Positions 20,252-28,243 of a DNA stretch of 64,000 bases are shown in pieces. The translations under genes and the position numbers were made by a program. The stretch is taken from assembly GCA_964490375.1 (NCBI GenBank), contig CAZBAZ010000002.1, forward strand, positions 4,448 to 68,447, read 5' to 3'. This DNA is from an uncultured Clostridium sp. (GTDB taxonomy: Bacteria > Bacillota_I > Bacilli_A > RF39 > UBA660). Position 1 is the first letter of the stretch. Each line of letters begins with the position of its first letter. The notes beneath the pieces are model-generated. The model was not told the origin of the DNA. It did no database searches and was given only the letters and a program-made list of their open reading frames with translations.

Positions 20252-20812
20252 ATGTTTAAATACGAAAAAATGTTAGAATATCCAGTTAACGTAAAGCAAA
20301 AAGATTTAAGAATGGCAAAACTACTAGTAGCACAATTTGGAGGACCAGATGGAGAACTAGGAGCATCGCTAAGATATTTAACCCAAAGATTTACAATGCC
20401 TGATAATAAAGGAAAAGCATTGCTATCTGATATTGGAACTGAAGAACTAGGACATGTAGAAATGATATGTACAATGATTAGACAATTAATTAAAGACGCC
20501 AGCATAGAAGAAGTTAAAAAAGCAGGTTTAGAAGCATGGTATACAGAACACAATAAAGGAGTATTTCCAATGGACCCAAATGGAATTCCATTTACATCTG
20601 CATACATCGCATGTTCAGGAAACCCAATAGTTGATTTACATGAAGATATGGCTGCAGAAGAAAAAGCAAGAGCTACATATGAAAACTTAATGGATTTAAC
20701 TGATGATGAAAGCATTCTTGCACCACTAAGTTTTTTAAGACAAAGAGAAATAGTCCACTATACAAGATTTAAAGAACTACTAGAATATTATCAAAGGAAA
20801 GGCTATAAATAG
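20252..20812 (+). CDS. cotJC: spore coat protein CotJC (manganese-catalase family)
   Basis: MFKYEKMLEYPVNVKQKDLRMAKLLVAQFGGPDGELGASLRYLTQRF is near-canonical CotJC. The RBS is AGGAGG. Confidence 0.85.
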   Translation: MFKYEKMLEYPVNVKQKDLRMAKLLVAQFGGPDGELGASLRYLTQRFTMPDNKGKALLSDIGTEELGHVEMICTMIRQLIKDASIEEVKKAGLEAWYTEHNKGVFPMDPNGIPFTSAYIACSGNPIVDLHEDMAAEEKARATYENLMDLTDDESILAPLSFLRQREIVHYTRFKELLEYYQRKGYK

Positions 20813-20818
20813 TCTTTT

Positions 20819-21526
20819 TTAATTCTTAATATCCTTATTTATAAATATAAAAGAGCCAAATAAATATATTAATATCATATTAACAATATCAACAATAATT
20901 CCTTTCTTTAAAGATAAATTAACATCAAAAGAAGCATTTATATCATTTAAACTACTTTTATCATTAAATATAGAAAAATCTAAATAAGGTAAAAAACTAT
21001 ATTCCATAATTTTAAAATTCAAGCCAAATAATATTTGAACTATTACTAAAGAAAATACTAATAAAAATATGCAAATACTCACAACTATTGCTGTATTTCT
21101 TATTATTGTTGATACAAATATTATTATTGAATTTAATAAATATAAAGGTAAAGTATATATTAAATATTTAAATAATATTTTAAATTCAAAATTTCTGATT
21201 ATCAAAACAAACGCAAAATATATAAACAAAGATAAAATAAAAGTATAAAATCCCATCATAATATATTTAGACAAATATACCTTATTTCTCTTAACTGGCT
21301 TTGTTAAATACATTCTAAAAGTACCATTCTCTATTTCATTAGAAATAATTCCTCCAAATAAAGCACAATTACAAAGACCAATAAATGATATTAAAGAATA
21401 AATTTTATCAAAACTTAAACTTTCAACTTCTTTCATTACCAATATTACAGTTGCAAATATAACAAAAGGTAAATTTAATTTAAAATATCCAATCTTTATA
21501 AATTCATTTTTAACAAGTTTTATCAT
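20819..21526 (-). CDS. ABC-2 family transporter permease
   Basis: Six TM helices. It overlaps the upstream ATPase gene by 17 nt. Confidence 0.6.
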   Translation of the reverse strand: MIKLVKNEFIKIGYFKLNLPFVIFATVILVMKEVESLSFDKIYSLISFIGLCNCALFGGIISNEIENGTFRMYLTKPVKRNKVYLSKYIMMGFYTFILSLFIYFAFVLIIRNFEFKILFKYLIYTLPLYLLNSIIIFVSTIIRNTAIVVSICIFLLVFSLVIVQILFGLNFKIMEYSFLPYLDFSIFNDKSSLNDINASFDVNLSLKKGIIVDIVNMILIYLFGSFIFINKDIKN

Positions 21527-22406
21527 TATTACCTACCATATCAAAAAACTCCTGCTCTAAACTTTTATTGTGCTCTACTATACGATAAACATTAATATTA
21601 TTTAAAACTAATTCTCTATTAAGTTCACTAATTTTTTCATCACTTTCATATACCTCTAATTCTTCATTTATACAATAATTATTAAGTAACATCCTAGCTC
21701 TAGAATAATCATCTACCTCAAATATAACATTTCTTTTTTTTACACTATTATCATTACATTTAATACTTACTATCTTACCATCATTTATAAAAATAATTTT
21801 TGTACATAAATCTTCTATTTCACTAAGCATATGAGAAGAAATTATAATAGTAGTATCACTCATATTTTTAAGTAATTTCATTACTTTTTTTACCCCTAAA
21901 GGATCAAGTCCATTAGTAGGTTCATCTAAAATAAGAATTTTAGGTTTATTTAAAAGACTATTTGCAATTCCTAACCTTTCCTTCATACCAAGAGAATAAG
22001 TCTTAAACTTACGTTTTAAAAATGTCTCCATTTCAACCATTTTTACTATACTATTTATACTATCATCGCTTATATTGTTAAACATAGATTTATATAGACT
22101 TAAATTCTTTTTTCCACTCAAATTTCCATACATATCTGGGTACTCTATCAAAGTACCAACAATAGACATAGCCTTCTCAAAATCTTTTCTTAAATCATAT
22201 CCATCATATATAATCTCACCATCACTAGAATAAAGACCACTCATTATTTTAAGTAATGTAGATTTACCTGCTCCATTAGGTCCAACTAAACCGACAATTT
22301 CCCCTTTATAAACATCAAAATTAATATTATCTAATATCTTTCTGTCTCCAATATACTTATTAACATTTCTAACCTTAATTATTTTTTCCATCATTTCTCC
22401 CTTCAT
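21510..22406 (-). CDS. ABC transporter ATP-binding protein
   Basis: Walker A GPNGAGKST, signature YSLGMKERL, Walker B ILILDEP. Confidence 0.85.
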   Translation of the reverse strand: MKGEMMEKIIKVRNVNKYIGDRKILDNINFDVYKGEIVGLVGPNGAGKSTLLKIMSGLYSSDGEIIYDGYDLRKDFEKAMSIVGTLIEYPDMYGNLSGKKNLSLYKSMFNNISDDSINSIVKMVEMETFLKRKFKTYSLGMKERLGIANSLLNKPKILILDEPTNGLDPLGVKKVMKLLKNMSDTTIIISSHMLSEIEDLCTKIIFINDGKIVSIKCNDNSVKKRNVIFEVDDYSRARMLLNNYCINEELEVYESDEKISELNRELVLNNINVYRIVEHNKSLEQEFFDMVGNNDKTC

Positions 22407-22543
22407 AAAAAGGAGTATACATATTTATAAAAATAATATCAAATTGACAAAATTAGATTTTAATAGTAAAAATATAAATCAAAATAATTTTTTCTATAAT
22501 TAAAAATTTAATAATCATAATAAAAAAAAGAAATAAAAATAAA

Positions 22544-22566
22544 AAACTTACAAATTTTGTAAGTTT
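22544..22566 (-). terminator. terminator hairpin overlapping stop of AAA+ gene
   Basis: Perfect palindrome aaacttacaaa-t-tttgtaagttt. An A-run on the plus strand gives a U-run in the minus transcript. Confidence 0.45.
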
Positions 22567-23566
22567 AATTAATTTCATCTAAATTAAGATTTTCTTCTTT
22601 TATTAAATCTTTAAATACTTCTTTAAATCTAGCAATTTCCTTTACTTTAGAATCTTCATATATAACTTTAGTTCTTTTAATAGCCTTATAAAAATGTTTA
22701 ATTTTAACTTCTGTTTCATTATCATATAATGCCATAGAAAACGCACTCATAACAATAGTTAATGCAATATCAGGATATCTATTTCCTATTTCATATATTC
22801 TTTTATATTCATCTGTCATTTCAACTATAAATTTAAATATTTTCTCACGTATAAAATCAGTATAGCCTATTTTAATACCAGTTCTCTTTTCATATTTAGG
22901 ATAAGTACCCATCAAAATAGCTACACATTGTTCTTCCGTAGGTTCAGCAACATCAACTTTCAAGAAACGACGTAAGAAAGCTCTATCTCTTAAAATGTAA
23001 GCTTCAAATTCTTCATATGTTGTAGCACCAATCATCTTAATTTCTCCACGGTCCAAGCCAGGCTTTAGCATATTTGCAAAGTCAATACTCATATTAGATG
23101 TATTTCTATTTACAAGTAAGTGAATTTCATCTATAAACAATATTATATTTTTTTTATGTTTCAATTCTTCTACTAATAATTGAAGTCTATTTTCTGACTG
23201 ACCTTCCCCTATTTTAGTTTCTCCAAGTAAACTTGAAATATTAACTTTTATTAACTCATAAGGTTTTAAAGCATTAGGAATAGTACCAGTTACCATCCTA
23301 TATCCAATACCTTCTACAATTGCAGTTTTACCAACACCAGCTTTACCTACAAGTAATGCACTTTTTTCAGGTGTTAATAAAATTTCAATAGTTTGTTCTA
23401 TTTCATGCTCTCTTCCAATAGCAGGATTTGTAACATATTCTTTTCTACTTAAGTTTTCACCATAAGTATCTAAAATACTATATCTTAATTCATTACTAGA
23501 ATCTTCTTCTTTTACAGTATTATCTTTTTCATTTCCAAGTTCAACAATTTCAAAATCATTATTCAT
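22565..23566 (-). CDS. standalone AAA+ ATPase corresponding to ClpA/ClpB/ClpC D1 domain only
   Basis: [25 protein letters not shown] and [18 protein letters not shown] (Walker A). [10 protein letters not shown] (Walker B). GATT sensor-1. FLRRF Arg finger. A small alpha subdomain, then the protein ends. No Clp N-domain, M-domain or D2. Confidence 0.7.
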   Translation of the reverse strand: MNNDFEIVELGNEKDNTVKEEDSSNELRYSILDTYGENLSRKEYVTNPAIGREHEIEQTIEILLTPEKSALLVGKAGVGKTAIVEGIGYRMVTGTIPNALKPYELIKVNISSLLGETKIGEGQSENRLQLLVEELKHKKNIILFIDEIHLLVNRNTSNMSIDFANMLKPGLDRGEIKMIGATTYEEFEAYILRDRAFLRRFLKVDVAEPTEEQCVAILMGTYPKYEKRTGIKIGYTDFIREKIFKFIVEMTDEYKRIYEIGNRYPDIALTIVMSAFSMALYDNETEVKIKHFYKAIKRTKVIYEDSKVKEIARFKEVFKDLIKEENLNLDEIN

Positions 23567-23630
23567 ACGTTTTCCCTCATCTTTTTCATACTAATTTTAT
23601 CAATTTTATTAATAAAAGTCTACATTTTTG

Positions 23631-23659
23631 TTGACAAATAAAAAAACATACATTATAAT
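23631..23659 (+). promoter_or_regulatory. consensus sigma-A promoter for tRNA-Asn
   Basis: TTGACA (23631-36), a 17-nt spacer, then TATAAT (23654-59). This lies 14 nt upstream of the tRNA 5' end. Confidence 0.6.
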
Positions 23660-23672
23660 TATTTATGCAAAT

Positions 23673-23748
23673 GCCCGATTAGCTCAGTCGGTAGAGCGCA
23701 CGGCTGTTAACCGTTAGGTCGTAGGTCCGAGTCCTACATCGGGCGCCA
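23673..23748 (+). tRNA. tRNA-Asn (anticodon GTT)
   Basis: Manual cloverleaf. 7-bp acceptor GCCCGAT/ATCGGGC. D-arm GCTC...GAGC. Anticodon loop CUGUUAA. T-arm GTAGG-TCCGAGT-CCTAC. Encoded CCA. Confidence 0.85.
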
Positions 23749-23760
23749 TTTGCAAATAAA

Positions 23761-23783
23761 CTCAAGATTTCTTGAGTTTTTTT
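23761..23783 (+). terminator. terminator after tRNA-Asn
   Basis: ctcaaga-tt-tcttgag followed by a T-run. Confidence 0.6.
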
Positions 23784-23808
23784 ATTGTCCAAAAACATAC
23801 AATTAAAT

Positions 23809-24186
23809 ATGAATAAAAGTTTCCACGAAATATTTAATACTAATCCAAGACTATCAACATCAATTAGTTTTATACTTGGACTCTTACTTGTAGATAATCT
23901 TACAGCACCTGAACAAAATATGCTTGGAAACTGGATTATACTTTTAGGACAAACAATCCTAACAAATGCAGCCTCTCAAAATATTATTGAAGGAAGAATA
24001 AAGGGTGGAATAATAAATATAAATTCAAAAGAAGTTAAATGTTTATATAATCCACCAGTATATAATATAGAAACAATCAAAAAAATCATAAAACAAGTTT
24101 ATCCTAATCACTCAATAGATTTAGATACTCTTACAAACATGGTTGAAGAACTTAAATCAAAAATTGATGAAATAAAAAAAGACTAG
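23809..24186 (+). CDS. hypothetical small protein
   Basis: ATG at 23809 (MNKSFHE...). The track start at 23785 is TTG and lies inside the tRNA terminator. Central hydrophobic segment. No motif. Confidence 0.4.
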   Translation: MNKSFHEIFNTNPRLSTSISFILGLLLVDNLTAPEQNMLGNWIILLGQTILTNAASQNIIEGRIKGGIININSKEVKCLYNPPVYNIETIKKIIKQVYPNHSIDLDTLTNMVEELKSKIDEIKKD

Positions 24187-25433
24187 TGTATTATTTCTAG
24201 CCTATCTTTATCATTCTCATTAATTGTAATTTTAACAGTATATCTACTTAATTCATCAGTACTATATATTTTTCCGTCTTTAAAGTCAGAAATATAACTA
24301 CTTATTCTATCTCTATCATCAATTTTTAAAGATATATAAATGCTATTACTAGATTTTTTTACATAATAGTCATAATAATTTTCATAATACTTAACTTCTA
24401 ATTTAATCTGATTTTTTAAATTTTCATCATATTCAATTACATAATCATTATTATAATTTGCATTAAAAGTAATATAATACTTTTTTGATTCATCATTAGG
24501 TAAATCAAGTTTATCATAAACACTTGTCATACTATATTTTTCACTAACATCTTGAATTTCTTGAGTATGATATATTTTATAAAAAATTAAAGCTACACCT
24601 AAAGCAATTATTATAGTAGAAGATACTATAATAATTAAATTTAATTTATAATTGTTTTTCTTCCTAAAAATAAGTTTATTAAGCATAATAAATAACCAAA
24701 AAACTAAAGCATTTAAGCCTAATAAAGCAATATTTAATCCAATTAACCTTACACCATCTAAAAAAGCAAATAAACTAGCTAAAAACATAATATTAACCCA
24801 TAAGAATATAAACAAAACAAATACAAGTATTAATATACTAATAACACTAATAAATATTCTTTTTCTTCTAGATTTTTTACTCTCAAAGACTCTCTTATCA
24901 CTAATAGTACTAACAACATCTATGTCTTCTTCTTTAAAATTAGATGAAACATCATCACAAATCTTAGATATTTCTTCTTTAACATCTTCAATATCAACTT
25001 TTACTTTATCAATTTTATTTTTCTTTTTAAATAATTTAATATTCTTATTATTCTTTTTTACTTTAATATCTTCATTGATATATTCATTTGTAACTTTAAC
25101 AACATTTACTTTATCTTTAAATTTGCGCTTTTCATCGTTTTTATCTTTTTTTCTAAATTCAATCTTTCTATCTTTAATTAAGAATTCTTTAAACTTAGAA
25201 AAATTATTATTTTTAAATATAACAATAGAACTTACTTTTTCATTTTCTATTTCTTTTAAAGCAATATCTTTTGGATTACCTAATTCTTTTAAAATAGTTA
25301 TAATATTTTTTCCACTTTCTTTTTCTTTTGTAATAATTTCTTGATATTTATTTATTATTTTTTCTTTCTTTTTATTACTTAAACCATTTAAATTATTATA
25401 TAGTGTATTAAGAAATTTTTTATCCTTTTTCAT
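24183..25433 (-). CDS. DUF1700-like membrane protein (N-terminal DUF1700 helix-rich domain, Lys-rich linker, 4 TM, C-terminal ~125 aa domain)
   Basis: N-terminal KFLNTLYNNLNGLSNKKKEKIINKYQEIITKEKESGKNIITILKELGNPKDIALKEI matches the DUF1700 pattern. TM cluster at residues ~195-290. Confidence 0.5.
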   Translation of the reverse strand: MKKDKKFLNTLYNNLNGLSNKKKEKIINKYQEIITKEKESGKNIITILKELGNPKDIALKEIENEKVSSIVIFKNNNFSKFKEFLIKDRKIEFRKKDKNDEKRKFKDKVNVVKVTNEYINEDIKVKKNNKNIKLFKKKNKIDKVKVDIEDVKEEISKICDDVSSNFKEEDIDVVSTISDKRVFESKKSRRKRIFISVISILILVFVLFIFLWVNIMFLASLFAFLDGVRLIGLNIALLGLNALVFWLFIMLNKLIFRKKNNYKLNLIIIVSSTIIIALGVALIFYKIYHTQEIQDVSEKYSMTSVYDKLDLPNDESKKYYITFNANYNNDYVIEYDENLKNQIKLEVKYYENYYDYYVKKSSNSIYISLKIDDRDRISSYISDFKDGKIYSTDELSRYTVKITINENDKDRLEIIH

Positions 25434-25542
25434 ATTTGCACCCCATAATTCGATTATATAATAATCTAATTATATGTTTTTGTCAAATAAAATATACAAA
25501 CCAAAAAATATTACAAATTAAAGTAATATTTTTATAAATATG

Positions 25543-25851
25543 TTAACTTAATTCCTTAAGTTTATCAGAATATTTAGTATATGATTTAGTTATTTTATTT
25601 TCTTCTTCAGGAGTTAGTATATACCATCCTTTAGAAAACATTAGATTAAATATATCTCTAGCTAAATCTTTAGTATCTTCAAAAATATTCATAATTTTTT
25701 TATATAAATATTTATTACTCATTTCATTTATAGCAACACTATAACTATTAGATATATTCTTTTCACATAACATTATGTCATTTAATAAATCTTCATCATT
25801 CATACATTCGTCATTATTAATTTCTTCTTTTTCATTTTTTATTTCTTTCAT
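25543..25851 (-). CDS. Coat F domain spore coat protein
   Basis: EDLLNDIMLCEKNISNSYSVAINEMSNKY...LARDIFNLMFSKGWY. The Coat_F pattern ends in GWY. Confidence 0.6.
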   Translation of the reverse strand: MKEIKNEKEEINNDECMNDEDLLNDIMLCEKNISNSYSVAINEMSNKYLYKKIMNIFEDTKDLARDIFNLMFSKGWYILTPEEENKITKSYTKYSDKLKELS

Positions 25852-25859
25852 AATTTCTC

Positions 25860-26057
25860 CTATTCTAAAATACTTAATAATTCTTTATAATGTTTAGCAT
25901 GCATTTTTTTAGCTTTAATTAATATTTCTTCAATTTCACTATCACAAACGCATTCCAAAAAAGAATATATTTTTTTATTCATTATAAAGTTCCAATTCAA
26001 CATATCATCTATATATAAAAGATCTTTAATTGTAATGATATTTGGTGTTTCTTTCAT
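25860..26057 (-). CDS. small protein paired with Coat F gene
   Basis: 65-aa ORF 9 nt upstream of the Coat F gene on the same strand. Confidence 0.4.
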   Translation of the reverse strand: MKETPNIITIKDLLYIDDMLNWNFIMNKKIYSFLECVCDSEIEEILIKAKKMHAKHYKELLSILE

Positions 26058-26137
26058 GTTTTTATCCTCCTAGTTATATTGTTTACAAATTTGAATAAAA
26101 TAATAATGTAAATAAATACCAAATTTTTTTAAAATAA

Positions 26138-26164
26138 TTAGCACTTACTATTGACAAGTGCTAA
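26138..26164 (+). promoter_or_regulatory. CIRCE operator (HrcA binding site) overlapping hsp20 promoter
   Basis: TTAGCACTT-actattgac-AAGTGCTAA. The consensus is TTAGCACTC-N9-GAGTGCTAA. It contains TTGACA (26151-56), 17 nt, then TATAAT (26174-79). Confidence 0.7.
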
Positions 26165-26202
26165 TTATTGAGTATAATTATAATTGTAAGGAGATGAAAG
26201 TT

Positions 26203-26598
26203 ATGAGTTTATTACCAGAAAAGTTTTATTTAGATGATTTCTTTGATGATTTTGTACCAATGCCAAAAATGCCAAAGAACGACATGAAATGCGACATTTA
26301 TGAAAAAGGTGGTAAAGTTCATATAGAAATGGATATTCCAGGTTTCAACAAAGAAGATGTAAAAGTTGATTTAGATGATGGAATTCTTACTATAGCAGCA
26401 ACTAAACATGAAGATAAAGAAGAAAAAGAAAAGAACTACTATAGAAAAGAAAGAACATTTGGAACATTCAAAAGACAATTTAACGTTGGAAACATTAATG
26501 AAAGCACAATTGATGCTAAATTCTATAATGGAGTTCTAAAAATTAGTTTCCCTAAAGAAGAACAAAAACAATCAAAGAAATTCATCGATATAAAATAA
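26203..26598 (+). CDS. Hsp20/alpha-crystallin family small heat-shock protein
   Basis: Alpha-crystallin domain with DIYEKGGKVHIEMDIPGF...GILTIAA...YNGVLKISFPK. AAGGAG sits 9 nt upstream of ATG at 26203. The track start at 26158 is too far upstream. Confidence 0.85.
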   Translation: MSLLPEKFYLDDFFDDFVPMPKMPKNDMKCDIYEKGGKVHIEMDIPGFNKEDVKVDLDDGILTIAATKHEDKEEKEKNYYRKERTFGTFKRQFNVGNINESTIDAKFYNGVLKISFPKEEQKQSKKFIDIK

Positions 26599-26610
26599 AA
26601 AAATAAACAA

Positions 26611-26636
26611 AAAGTTCACAATTAATGTGAACTTTT
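26611..26636. terminator. bidirectional terminator between hsp20 and surface-protein gene
   Basis: aaagttcaca-attaat-gtgaacttt perfect inverted repeat with an A-run before and a T-run after. It overlaps the last codons of the minus-strand gene. Confidence 0.55.
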
Positions 26637-28232
26637 ATTATGCTTAAATAAATCTTTTCTTTCACAAAAAATTCCTAAGAAAAACATTAATACACAAATA
26701 ATAGCAAAAATTATATAAATAAAGCTATTATTTTTTTCATCTTGTTTTACAACAAGAGCATATGACTTTACAGTTCCATCGGTAGATTTGACATTTACTA
26801 AAACAAGTGAATTGTTTTTTAATTCATTATTTCCTTCAATTGTTACAACACTATCAGAATCTTCGGGAACAGCATTAATTTTAAGAGAAGATTCATCACT
26901 ACCTAATTCTAAATAATAAAGATTATTATCATTATCAAAATTAATCTCATGATTAGAAATACTAAATTCACTTAAATTAGTATTTGAAGACAAATATTTT
27001 TCTACTCTATTAATATTAATTTTATATGTCCTTTCAGTTTCATTTTCAGCTAAAACTTTTATTTCAACAATATCTATATCTTCGCTTAAATCAATTTCTC
27101 TTTCACCATAGCCAGTCACAAAACTTGCTTTTTCACTATTAATTATAGGACTTACTGTAATTTTATCAATTGACTTTAAAACATAAAGAGTATATTCCAA
27201 AATTTCTGAATCAAATTTTTGGTTTAATTTACCATCAGAAATAGTTAATGATTTCAATGTGTTATCAGAATCCCTACTATCATTTCTATTAATAACAATT
27301 TCATAAGCTTTTTTACTATCATTTTCAGCAGTAACAACAACATTATAAGTATTAGTGCCATATTTAACATTTACTTTTCCAGTACCACTAACTTTTGCTT
27401 TACTATCATTAGCAACAGCATCAATTACTAAATTATCTTTATCAGTACTAATACTATATTTTGTATTATCAGAAGAAAAACTAGGATATAATGTTTCACC
27501 TTCTATAGACAAAGATTTAAGATTATTATCACTGCTTCTATTATCTTTTCTTGTAATAACAACAGGATAAGTTTTTTTAGAACCATTTTCAGCAGTAACA
27601 ACAACATTATAAGTATTAGTGCCATATTTAACATTCACTTTTCCAGCACCACTAACTTTTGCTTTACTATCATTAGCAACAGCTTTAATAGTAACAACCG
27701 ATTTATCAGTTGTTAAACTAAATTTTCCATTGCTTATATTAGCGGAAGTACCATCAATATTTAAAGATTTCAAGGAATTATCAGTTGATGGAACTCTTAT
27801 ACTCAATGATACAGTATTCGAACTAATATTAACAGATGCAAAATTACCACTAGAATCTCTCGCAAAAACAGGTTTATTTACTGTTATTGTTTCATTATTA
27901 GAAACACTTTTAGCTTTTATAACAAAATTCTTAACAACAACAAATGAACCAGATTTTGCATTACTAGAATCTGTGTACAATGAAATTACTCCATTACTAG
28001 CACCACCCTGAAAAGCAGTATTGTGTTCAATAGAAACCAAATTCAAAGCACTTGATAATTTAATAGTTCCGGAAACGCCTGTAACACCATAATCAGAATC
28101 AGCAATAATTTTACATTTAGTAGTTTCATTAACTAACAAACTAGTTTTTTCACATGAAATTGTCAAATTATTTGAAGCATTAACAAACAATGGAAAAAAG
28201 CATAATAACAAAACAAATAATTTATTCTTCAT
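26622..28232 (-). CDS. cell-surface protein with ~4 cadherin-like beta-sandwich domains and C-terminal TM anchor
   Basis: Signal peptide MKNKLFVLLLCFFPLFVNA. Repeated N.LKSL.I.G...TYNVVVTAENGSKKTY modules. C-terminal hydrophobic helix plus a basic tail. Confidence 0.65.
   Translation of the reverse strand: MKNKLFVLLLCFFPLFVNASNNLTISCEKTSLLVNETTKCKIIADSDYGVTGVSGTIKLSSALNLVSIEHNTAFQGGASNGVISLYTDSSNAKSGSFVVVKNFVIKAKSVSNNETITVNKPVFARDSSGNFASVNISSNTVSLSIRVPSTDNSLKSLNIDGTSANISNGKFSLTTDKSVVTIKAVANDSKAKVSGAGKVNVKYGTNTYNVVVTAENGSKKTYPVVITRKDNRSSDNNLKSLSIEGETLYPSFSSDNTKYSISTDKDNLVIDAVANDSKAKVSGTGKVNVKYGTNTYNVVVTAENDSKKAYEIVINRNDSRDSDNTLKSLTISDGKLNQKFDSEILEYTLYVLKSIDKITVSPIINSEKASFVTGYGEREIDLSEDIDIVEIKVLAENETERTYKININRVEKYLSSNTNLSEFSISNHEINFDNDNNLYYLELGSDESSLKINAVPEDSDSVVTIEGNNELKNNSLVLVNVKSTDGTVKSYALVVKQDEKNNSFIYIIFAIICVLMFFLGIFCERKDLFKHNKSSH
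27325..27700 (-). repeat. 264-bp near-identical in-frame tandem duplication inside surface-protein gene
   Basis: Stretches at ~27331-27430 and ~27595-27694 differ at only a few positions. Antisense ORFs at 27355 and 27619 both begin MPYLTFTFP, confirming the 264-bp period. Confidence 0.75.
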
Positions 28233-28243
28233 ATCATATCTCC

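Noticed and set aside
20176-20715. 179-aa ORF on the minus strand
   Set aside because: Entirely antisense to the well-supported cotJC coding sequence. The amino-acid composition (Ser/Ala/Pro-rich) is typical of a shadow frame.
22407-22543. TTGACA-like hexamer on the plus strand upstream of the ABC transporter operon
   Set aside because: It lies on the strand opposite to the only nearby genes, so it is probably a chance occurrence in AT-rich DNA.
24652-25344. 230-aa plus-strand ORF
   Set aside because: Antisense shadow of the DUF1700 gene. It is low-complexity Leu/Ile/Phe/Ser, with no RBS.
27355-28011. Two plus-strand ORFs both starting MPYLTFTFP
   Set aside because: Antisense reading of the 264-bp tandem repeat inside the cadherin-like gene. 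They are useful only as evidence of the repeat.
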